Positions 1 through 10,866 of a stretch of DNA of 38,115 nt are shown in pieces. The position numbers and the translations under genes are program-made. Source of the DNA: Elsinoe ampelina (lineage: Eukaryota); the NCBI GenBank assembly GCA_010093995.1, contig ML992544.1, forward strand, positions 1 to 38,115. Direction: 5' to 3'. The first letter of the stretch is position 1; the number at the start of each line of letters is the position of its first letter. The notes beneath the pieces are model-generated. The model did no database searches and had not been told where the DNA came from. It was given only the letters and a program-made list of their open reading frames with translations.

Positions 1-147
1 AGTAAGGATATTTGCCTGACTTTTGCTCTTGTGTATGCTGCTGGTGCGTCCGCGTCTCTTGGTTTCAGGCAAAGAAGACGTGGACGCACTGTGCTTGATT
101 CCTGGCGAATTATCAGTCGTCTCACCACTGAATGAGACCGGTGCCAT
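1..147 (-). CDS. Possible N-terminal part of a gene running off the left edge (MAPVSFSGETTDNSPGIKHSASTSSLPETKRRGRTSSIHKSKSQANILT...)
   Basis: ATG at 147-145 in AAGATGG context, open for 49 codons to the window edge. Ser/Thr/basic composition; no recognisable domain. Confidence 0.35.
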   Translation of the reverse strand, partial: MAPVSFSGETTDNSPGIKHSASTSSLPETKRRGRTSSIHKSKSQANILT

Positions 148-1350
148 CTTCCGTGAGTATATGGCCAGGAGCACGAATTACATCCTGGTAGCAGACAAAC
201 ACATCTCGCATAATGGGAAGTAGACGCAGATGAACAATCGAGCAGTAGGAGAGCGATATCAATCATGTCGTACATGATCAGAGCAGCCCACCTTCATGCA
301 TGACAACACAGCGCCGGCGTGGCTGCAGGCAAGGTACAGATGCCCAATTAAGACGCCGGCCTGCATAATGCTGCGCTGGCGGATTGTGGTCGTGCAATAT
401 CTCCATCCCGCAAATGATCGATCATACATCTCGACCGCGGCGTCGGCCGTCTGAATTGATACGGATCGGCTTGAGCTATGCCTTCATCAACAACGGCTAT
501 TGCAAAAGGACAAATGGCGAGTGAGCTGGAAGAGAGGAGCGTGCTCCGAAAGCGGAAGGCAGAAGCGGGCGGAAAGACAATTAGCCGAGGTTATGTGGTT
601 GACCCACAGGAAGGAATCGTTTGCTCACGCGATCTCTCCTCCAAAGACATCCATCTCGAAAAAGCATACATCTCAAGACACATCTCAGCCATCATATTCC
701 TTCCGCTGTCTCCCCGCGTCTTTCAGGCTCTACTGCAATGACGCAGACGTGTTGAAGTCGACGAGGTTGACCAGCCTCACTGACCGTGCGTCCTCAACAT
801 GCCGAGCACATGACGGCAGGATCATCATGTCCGTTCGGACCCTGTACATTTGGGAATTCGAAGGCTGGACTTTGGCAACAGTATCAATCCATGTCCTGTA
901 TTGAGAAGAATTGGCAGGGCTGGAAATCACCGTTGAAATACACCCAACGGCCCGCAGTCATGTTCGCATGACCTTGTCTGCAGGGTCCGCAGGGCTGAAG
1001 ATTGGTGCACACTGACATCTTTACATTCTTGACAGCCTTGCCAGTTTGTATGTGAGTGTGATGGACCAGTAGAATATTCATCGAGGTTGGTAGGTATGTC
1101 TCTCTCATTCTCACCCGCCTCTACTCCGCATTCCTCAGTCGAGCCTCACGAACACCCACAAAATCAGAAAGTAGAATCGATTTTAACGGTGTCAACTGCC
1201 CCTAGCGATTAGATAGTGACACAATCTTCAACGGTCAGAAATTGGTCTTTTGAGCTCTCTAGATATATGAAACATTACCATGAAGACGATCTTCTACTCA
1301 CCTGGTCACGACACTTGACTGCTGTCCACACATTCCTTACACCAGCAACC

Positions 1351-2272
1351 ATGGGCTTCCAACAGACTCTCCGCTTGGTCCAAATGACCAGGGCCATCAC
1401 AATTGTCTCATCATGTATCTCGGTAATCATGTTCGCCTTTATTGTCGACATGAGGTATGGTGCGAGGAAGAACTTTGCCCATCAAGTTCAACAGGCACTC
1501 CCTGGTATCTTTGAGTCAAAGACACCTACCAGGAGCGCCTTTGGAAGTCTGGCTCTTCTTGGGGTATGTTAGTTGTAGCAGTAATAGTGATCTCTGCTGA
1601 CAACCATAGCTTGCCCTCTCCTTGATCTGGAATGGTCTCTGCATGTTCGATCTTTGCGTCAAAAAGCACTACCGCTTCGACCGCAGGATCTGCATCTTCG
1701 TCGACATCTTCGTCGCCATTGCTCTCCTGATCACCGGCTTCCTCAACTTTGGCTTCGACTGCATCCTCTATTTTGCACTCGACATTGCACCCAAGTCGCA
1801 GATGCGTCTGGAGATCGCAGCGATCATCTTCCTCGCGACAAGCTGGTCAGTCTGTCCTACTAATACCTTCGAGCTCACCTGACATGTGTATAGTCTCCTC
1901 CACTTTGGCTTCTTCTGCTACGGCTGCAAGGACCCTGCTGCCCACGCTCTCGAGTTCGAGCACGTGCCCCTTGAGCCTACCTCTCCCATGCTCCTCAACC
2001 GCGACTTTGACCCCGAGTACACTCGCAGCCGTGGTAACACTCTTGAGAGGCAGGCAAACGGCCTTGTCGAGATTGACCTCGGAAAGAAGGTCCAGATCAT
2101 CAAGGTGCAGCAGAAGATGGATGCGGCACGGACGCCACCCAGGACACCTCGCGAGGATGACAACAAGCGTTCAGGATTTGTTGGCACTCCTGCACAAATC
2201 TCTCAAGGCCACCCACAAGAAGCATCTCCGTTCCTTGATGACCGTCATCAGCATGGCCAGGAGTGGATCTAG
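1351..2272 (+). CDS. Hypothetical ~275-aa membrane protein, four hydrophobic segments (MARVEL-like topology) plus a polar C-terminal tail
   Basis: Exons 1351-1563, 1610-1845, 1894-2272. Introns GTATGT..CTGAC..TAG (46 nt) and GTCAGT..CTGAC..TAG (48 nt) join ORFs 1216-1572, 1622-1882 and 1886-2272 in frame. ACCATGG start. Confidence 0.7.
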
Positions 2273-3316
2273 GTGTGCTGTTTCAGGCGTTCGGGGAATA
2301 AGCATTATACCATAGCAGGGCAGAGTCTTTACTATTATTCTCTTCGGAAGTCGCTGTTCTGGCCCCGTCCCACCTTTTGGACGGATCGCCAGGCGGGACG
2401 ACCCTGAATCTTAAGTTGTCCATGGACAGACACCCCTGGGCAAGCTTGGTGCAGGGAAGTTCTGCATCAGGGCGACCATTTGTACAAAATCAATTGATCA
2501 ATCTTGTATTGTCTCGAGACTGTGACGGTGTGCAAACCGCTTTCAGATGGCTGAACAATGCCCGGGGCGGGCGCGTGGAATGTGGCACGAGTCATGGACG
2601 GACCAGTCAGATTGCTTGTCTGATGAATGGACCAAAAGACCCCGCCAGGGCCACCGGACCATCACTCTACAGGCACCACCTCACCACGCACATTGCTCCC
2701 TTACCTATTCATGCCCGTTGACTTTTGAATCAATTCCACCGTCGATATCCGTCCTCCATCAGCTGCTTCTATCTTCACTTCAGCTCCGTCCTCGACTTAC
2801 CGTCCTCAATCCTACCAATTGACTCCTGAAACACGACCGACAGCTGGCCTGTTGCAAAGCGCTCATCAATCAATCCGCACTGACCGCCTGCACTTGACAA
2901 GGGACTCCTTCCCCTCCCTTTCGCCCATCAATTCGCCGACCAGCAACTCTTCTCGGCCGCCATCTCATATATCCGGAGGAACGACCAACCTGATCTCTGG
3001 GGTAATCCAGGTACGTGTCTCGTGTCCTCCCAGCTCGTCGATCCCGCATGGAACCCTACCTTCAGGGCGCCTATCTAAAGAAGCTACCCGCTCAGCTTCG
3101 AGCCTCACATGACATGGCTCCATCATGGAACAAAGACTAATCACAAGCGGCGCAGGTATCCAGTGGGCGCCAGCTTGTACTTCTTTGTCCCCCGCCGTTT
3201 CGAAAGAGCATTGTCAGATCTTATACCTCTGCCTCCAACCTCTCGACTTTACCTCTCCATTACTGCAAGCAGCATACTCTGCAGTTTCAAGCTATTGGGG
3301 CTCGCCTACAACAGAC

Positions 3317-4474
<1,158 letters not shown>

Positions 4475-4985
4475 AGAGAGCCGCACGAACCGGGCAAGGG
4501 CGATGCTGTGGATCTCTCCGAGGCTTCTCATTCTCACGACAGCTTCCATATACAAATTTCTGGATCAATCAAGTGTAGCATAGTGTCTGGCGTTGGGATA
4601 TGTGGGTCTCGACCTCTCAAAGGAGGTGACCTGAAACATGGCAGGTACGAAGTTGCAGATAGCAGCTATCAATGCATAAACATCAAATTGACCGTCAATC
4701 ATTGGTCCTCAAAATTGTGGATGGCAGTCTGCCCGTGTGACTTTGCTCGAGTTGTGCAAGGCACATACCTAGCGTAAGCCTCACGCATACTCGCTTCCTA
4801 CTTTTATCCGTCAAGCTCCTGCATAACAAACTTGACATTCTATATTCCTGCTTGGAATTTTTTGTGATCTAACTGTGAAAGGCTGCTAGATCCCCCACAT
4901 GTCCTGGGAGTAGAATCTGATTGTCAATGGTTGCTGTCCATGGCTGTGCCGTCTTCCAATCCGCCACCCTTCCCTCAATCCTGAC

Positions 4986-6394
4986 ATGACGCTGGGAGTC
5001 CCCCGATTCGTAACATGTTCCTTTCATGGCTGCCATCGCCCTGGAGTACGAAGACGTAGCTGTTCACTCTGTCGACGACATCTATGCATCGTACATCTGC
5101 AACCAAGTGTGCACACTTGCGCCGCAGAGGTAAGTGCTGAGATGTACCTCCCGCGAGCCCCCCGTTGACAGCAAACAGGACATCGACGACGAGACCTGGA
5201 CACGGCAGCTAGACGAGGAGATAGAAGGACTGACGTCCAGCCTTGACATACCCGAGCTCGAACAACATGCCTCAAGCTTACGTGCTGGCGCGGCATGCAA
5301 GTTTCGACCGAGCAGAGAGGTTATTGGCCGCAACCTCCTGGGGTGTGCGAATTACCATGCTTTCGTTGACTTTGTCGACGGTGTGCAATGGCTGGTTCGT
5401 ATCCCGAGGAAGGACTTCTCTGACTTTCCTGACGATCTGGTCGACTATCTGGTAGAGAGCGAGTTCGCCACGTTGAAGTATCTCGGAAGCATTGGTGTGC
5501 CTGTGCCGCGTGTTCATGGCTGTCGGATTGCTTCAAAGGGTAGAAATGGTACATCTGGGAGCAGCTATATCCTGATGGACAGAGTGGAAGGTAAGCCCTA
5601 TGATTCTTGGACCGCTTCTCTGGAGGTGAAGCAGAGGGTGATGAGTGGTGTCGCTGATGTCCTCATTACCATGTCCAAACATGATTTGACAAGCGGGATC
5701 ACTCATTCCCTCGGATCATGGTGGCCCCGTGGTATCAGGTTGCGCAAGCACCCGCTTTGTCAATGTCGGCAAGCTGGGACCCTTTCAATCAGACGAGGAG
5801 TACTACACTGGGTACATCCAGCACTATCTCGACCTCATTGCCGCCGGGCAACTATACGTCAATTACCCAGACATCGCTTTCCGCTTCTACCACACTATGC
5901 TAGCGGCTGTACCCTTGCTATGTACTCCATCAAGGGTTCCAGCATTTTATATCAAACATGTGGACGACAAAGGCGATCACATCATGATAGACGACCAGGG
6001 CAACATCACAGGGATCATTGACTGGCAATTCGCTCGCTGTGTCCCAGCGTCTGAGGCGTTCGGGGCTTCATACCTGACAGCGAATATGGATGCCATCTAC
6101 GCCGGTCGCATCGAAATCTCGGAAGATGACAGGGCACTAGCAGCTGTAGTGCGAGACAAAGGCTACCCGGAGCTGGCCGCCCAACTCGAGGCGTTCCCGC
6201 TCGCCCGTACATTCGCTCACGGCATGCCTGATCGACTGAGCAGGGACGAGGCGGAGGAATTCCTACGAAATATTCATGGATCTCTGCGGCAAGTGCGACA
6301 CTGGAGAGAGGAGATGTCGTCGAGCCATCTTCAGGACAAGAGATGGTCAGCCGTACTTGACCTGGTAGCGCTCACTGCACCGGACAGGCAATGA
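4986..6394 (+). pseudogene. Zn-finger + APH/choline-kinase-like phosphotransferase paralog 1, with a frameshift at ~5689-5692
   Basis: Exon 1 4986-5129 is Cys/His rich (CSFHGC..CSLCRRHLCIVH..HTC). Intron 5130-5178, then WLVRIPR, ESEFATLKYL, PVPRVH in one frame. The protein resumes in the +1 frame (AGSL..GPF..HVDDKGDHIMID..GIIDWQFA) with no usable GT-AG intron at the junction. Confidence 0.75.
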
Positions 6395-6563
6395 TACACA
6401 AGAAAGTCATGCTTCATGGCTCAGGATACATCTCTTGGAGAGACGGATTTCATTGTGGAGAGCTATATACTACAAGCGAGTGAGAACAGTCAGACATCCA
6501 CCAGACCCATACCTCGCCACCGTAGCCCAACGAAAGATGTGCATGTATGGATTCGCATCTAGC

Positions 6564-6773
6564 TTAGCGCTGGTCTGGTACGTTGTCAGTATAGGAATGC
6601 TGAAAATATTAGCGGCGATGCCTACGGCTAAAGCAGTAGCGAGAGCCAGCGACTGCCCAGCTGTTGCGGCCGGACGCTACACATCTCTGACTTGAGGCGA
6701 CTTCGTTGACAGGGGCCACGATGACCGGAGCCTTCTGCTGGGTGGGAAGAGTGGTAGCGACGGTTGGAGTCAT
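6564..6773 (-). CDS. Putative 52-aa micro-protein MTPTVATTLPTQQKAPVIVAPVNEVASSQRCVASGRNSWAVAGSRYCFSHQR
   Basis: Exons 6773-6626 and 6574-6564; 51-nt intron GTAGGC..ACTGAC..CCAG (6625-6575). ATCAAGATG start, A/C-rich leader, TATATATA ~110 nt upstream. Confidence 0.6.
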
Positions 6774-6880
6774 CTTGATGGTTTGTGTTGAGGGTTCTGA
6801 GAGGGTTGTTTGTGTTTTGGTCTGACGGTGGTGTGTTGACGTTTTGCTGATTTGTTTTCTCGGTACTGTTACTTGCTGGC

Positions 6881-6888
6881 TATATATA
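6881..6888 (-). promoter_or_regulatory. TATA box for the micro-ORF at 6773
   Basis: TATATATA followed on the minus strand by a CA-rich leader without ATG up to 6773. Confidence 0.5.
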
Positions 6889-7618
6889 CCTTGTGTGTGA
6901 ACGTCCTGTCCAAAACGGGATAGCTAAACTACGCGCCCTGCCCTCGCTCTGTCCGAGCAACGCCTCCTCGATGCAGACATCGAGATCCAGTCAAGGGGAA
7001 AGAGGATCACGAAGATCATTCAGGAGGTGGCATAGAGAAGCAGCACGCGCTGATGAGGCTTACCTGGCCAGCTTCACTAGCAGACGGAGTAGAGCTCAGC
7101 CTTAGCCAGACATACGTGCGTGTTGTGTAACCTTGACGCCAGATTCCAAGCTAGGTTCTCGGGGCCGCGTGGCTCGTTCAGGACTGGACGTGAGCTTCCA
7201 ATGATACGCAGACACCAGTATCAGGTTCCTCGTAGGCAGTGCCACCATACGGGATACAAACATGACTACATCATTGGATGTGAGAAGTGCAAAAGGAAGA
7301 GCCCGCGCCGCGCAAGAATCAGATTTTGTGGATGCGCGCTTACAGTACCGGACTTGGGCGGCGCGTCTAGAAATCATCCAATCAGATCTTGTCGCGGCAG
7401 CTATTTAGCGCGTTTTGTCTTCAGTCCGGTGTTGTTTTGCCTGGCTCTGTCTTATGTCAATGATAGAACATGTGCCGCACAGCAAAGCTGAGCCTCCGTT
7501 GTAGTGTGAGGTCAACCCTCCCAGGGATCGTCTGTCCGATGTCACTCCAAGTCTTTGTGTTCCTATTGCATACTCCGCCTGTTCGACATCGATTGTGTGT
7601 AGAGCAATCAATCCCGCC

Positions 7619-9072
7619 ATGAGCTTCCGTGCACCGCGCCATTGGAGTTGCAGCATACCATCATGTACGAGAGCAAGTGTCCTGATGCTAGGCGAGTGTG
7701 AGAACTGTCGCTGCCATTACTGCATACTGCACCTCAAGGAGCCATACCATATATGCAAAGTAAGGGGCGACTTGTTTGGCCTGTGACACACTGCTTACGG
7801 ATGCAGGATGAGTTCTTAGACGACAATGCCTGGAAAGCACAGCGCGACGACGAGGTCCAAAAGACACTTGCTATGATCAACATGCCAGCTCTGCTCGATC
7901 TCGTCGTCAAGTTGAGCGGCCACGAAGCCTCCTTGGACAGCACAGCGGATCTGGCCGGTAGCTTCATGGGAGGCATGAACCTACATGTCCCGATCGAGCT
8001 GTCCTCAGGGACCAGGTGGCTTCTGAGAATACCTCGTCGCATCTTCACGGCGTTCCCAGACCACATCACAGACGCTATCATCGTGAGCGAGGTCGCCACT
8101 ATGAAATGGTTGAGTGGTAACACTTCGATACCCGTACCGAAGGTCTACTCGTATGGCTTGTCTTCGTTTGATAGGAACGGAATTGGGGTGCCGTATATGC
8201 TCATCGAGGAGATACTGGGGAAGCCCTTCATGGCGCTGGATGCGAGCGACGGGGAGAGGCAGAAGGTGTATGAGCAGGTTGCGAGGATGATGGGGGAGTT
8301 GAAGGAAAGACCATTCGGGAAGCTGGGGAGTCTGACGCTCAACAAGAGTGGCGAGGTAGAGGTCGGTCCGGTCGTGGGGGAGAGGACCGGTAGTTTACAT
8401 CCTCATGGGCCATTCATGCGGTCGGAGGCAGGGTATCTGGCTTGGGTGGAGCAGTGTCTGGATCTGATCGCTGACCAGCAGCTGCATGTAGGGTTTTCGG
8501 TGGATGCGTACCTGGTGTATGACTTCTTGAGGGAGGAATTGCAGCAGGAGAGTCGAGAAGCGCATATGAAGGCGACACCGGGTGACGGGAGGTCTTACCT
8601 GAAGCATACTGACGACAAGGGTGATCACATCTTTGTTGACCCGGAGACTTTTGAGGTGACTGGGCTGATTGACTGGACCTTCGCAAGGACGGTACCGTTG
8701 GAGGAGGCGTTTGGCCCATCACTTTGGACAGCAGACATGGATGCTATGTATGGTGGTCGGCTAGGGTTGTCGGGCGAGGACCAGAAATATGGCAGGATCT
8801 TGCAAGCTACATGTGGTAAAGAGATTGGCGACCTGTACCGGGATGAGCTGAGAGGTGACAGATCGAGGAGGCTGATATTCGGACTGGCCACCGGTGTAGA
8901 TATTGCGTGGGACGAGGCGAAAGAGATCGCGGTAGCACTCCTGTGGCTGTTCGGGGAGACGTCAGATGGTGATGAGAGCTGGAATATATGGCGAGAAAGA
9001 CGTCGTGCGCGGTGCATCGAAACAGACATACGTTTCAAGACGCTGGTCGAAAGTGTAGCCATTACTATGTAG
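7619..9072 (+). CDS. Zn-finger (AN1-like Cys/His spacing) + APH/choline-kinase-like phosphotransferase paralog 2, ~468 aa, intact
   Basis: Exon 1 7619-7759 (CSIPSC..CENCRCHYCILH..HIC), intron 7760-7806, exon 2 7807-9072. Motifs GGMN, WLLRIPR, SEVATMKWL, IPVPKVY, HTDDKGDHIFVD, GLIDW. Confidence 0.88.
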
Positions 9073-9734
9073 CATGGACAGAGCGTACCCCAAGAGCGAT
9101 ATTCTATGTGAGAGGGCGACTTACACCAGTCCACGGGTGCTTCCTGATGAAGGACAGAAGCACGAACCATACCTGCAAGCCTGTTGGTTATCAGCACGAG
9201 CCTATCAAAGCCTGCATGAATTGCAACCATGTGCCTGCATCTGACAACTATGTCATGCGATTCGTTCTTCGTTCCCGTTGATCTATTTTAGGATCCGTTG
9301 TTACCGACATGGCTCGAGAAGCATGTGTCAGGTCCCAGCCCAGTGCACCGGATCCAACGACACATGGCGGATATTGAACGACATTCCACCATTTTGCATA
9401 GAAAATTGGTCATGACTTGTGCTAAAGTGGTCGTATGAAGCCCAAATTTCGTAGAGATGTCCTTGAGCAGCCAATGAAGCACTCCAAGTACTCGAACTTT
9501 GACCGAGTCACTGTGTCGAGCGATTTGCTTCCCAAGTGACGACTAAATTTTGACACTATCTGCTCGATCGATTGACTACCATATTGCCTACAATATCCAT
9601 GCCGGCTGAAGACCGGCTTTTGCTGATCCTATCACACGAGTACGGTTCTGCTCGGAACCGATTCTCAACTCCCACCAGCTGTGTGTAGCAATATATATTT
9701 CGTTGGAGCTCGATCCTTCATCCAATCAAGCAAT

Positions 9735-9936
9735 TCCCTCATAGCTCAGTTGGCTAGAGGTTAGTACACCAATCGGCTAATCTTCGGACTATCGGCTAAT
9801 CTTCGGCTCAGCGTTCGACTGTTAGACACTGTCATTACACCAGTAGATCTCAATCGAGAGGGTGAGCAAATCTTGTCTGTTCAAATCGAAGCGAAACTGA
9901 CCATTACAGTCGATGGTTCGAGCCCATCTGAGGGAG
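9735..9936 (+). tRNA. tRNA-Asn(GTT): tRNA-Asn (GTT) with three introns: spliceosomal-type 9760-9811, canonical tRNA intron 9825-9852, spliceosomal-type 9862-9909
   Basis: Exons 9735-9759, 9812-9824, 9853-9861, 9910-9936 total 74 nt. Acceptor stem TCCCTCA/TGAGGGA + G73; D-stem GCTC/GAG|C; anticodon stem TTCGA/TCGAG with loop CT-GTT-A|A; variable loop AGG|TC; T-arm GATGG-TTCGAGC-CCATC. A and B boxes intact. Confidence 0.93.
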
Positions 9937-9939
9937 TCC

Positions 9940-9944
9940 TTTTT
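9940..9944 (+). terminator. RNA polymerase III terminator (T5) of the tRNA gene
   Basis: TTTTT starts 4 nt after the discriminator base. Confidence 0.75.
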
Positions 9945-10866
9945 GGCATCTTCAGAGTGAGGGCTTTCGATAGATACTACTTTTGTTCAAATACATGGAC
10001 TTTTGACCAAGTTGTGATCTTTTTGCTATGTGTGGGCATGGATTTTTGGAAAAACCTGCGCTAACTAAACAGCAATATGCTCTTCGGAGACCTTACAGAC
10101 CATCCCATCATTTGACAGCTTCAAGAGATTCAAGATTCAAATGTGATAATATCACTCAAATGTGGCAAAAGTGATCGAGTACCTATACAGATTTGCTATA
10201 CAAGTACCTCACTTTCCAGCATGATCACTTCACCACCAGATGTCCGAGCTGTCACCTTTTTTTTCGGATCATGTTAGGATTGCATATAGCAACAGAGCAC
10301 GTCTACTTCAAGTATTTACAGCACGAGGTTAGATACATCCCACAACTCCTGTCTTTCGTATTCGGATAGGATGTTGTCACTATCCCATGCATGGATGGCT
10401 TAACGTTAGGACGGGGCCTGTGCCCTGCCTCGCACACGATATATGAAGCCGGACCTCATGCTCTTGGCTGTAGGCTTGTGATACTTCGGCTTGAAGTGTT
10501 TTGGTACTACCAGAACTATGTAGTGAAGCACATGTGTCAGTCAATTCAAGGGATGGCTTGCCTGCCTCGCGAGGATTCGATGTTCAATTGCATCGATATG
10601 AAAAAATGCCACGGGGGCGTCAATGGCAATGAGTCGAAGACCGTCGAAGCACAAACTGGCAATGCTGACAGCATCACGCATCCTTGCCTTACATAGCATG
10701 GCGCAGATCACAAGGATCGGGTCATACTGTTGCCCAACTGGGGACGTTCTTGCTCATCTTACCGATGCCTGATATCATATTCTAGGCCCTGAATGCCAGG
10801 CTACACAACCCATAGCTCGAAGTCAACGCCAAACTGTACAGAACGTATACTCATAACCTATACACA

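Noticed and set aside
478..1114. Cluster of short overlapping ORFs on both strands (478-741, 500-904, 730-930, 884-1114)
   Set aside because: No recognisable motifs or consistent splice model. A degraded gene cannot be excluded but is unsupported.
6564..6773. Micro-ORF as an a-factor-type pheromone precursor (close to the Fus3-type MAPK gene)
   Set aside because: No C-terminal CAAX in either the spliced (..FSHQR) or unspliced (..RRHRR) form; CVAS is internal.
6893..7600. ORFs 6893-7105, 7102-7377, 7120-7491 and 7405-7656
   Set aside because: No domain-like content; most likely the divergent promoter region between the micro-gene and APH-like paralog 2.
9873..10696. ORFs 9873-10064 and 10391-10696, and weak inverted repeats around 10165-10235
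   Set aside because: The first overlaps the tRNA; the others lack coding or RNA-family signatures.
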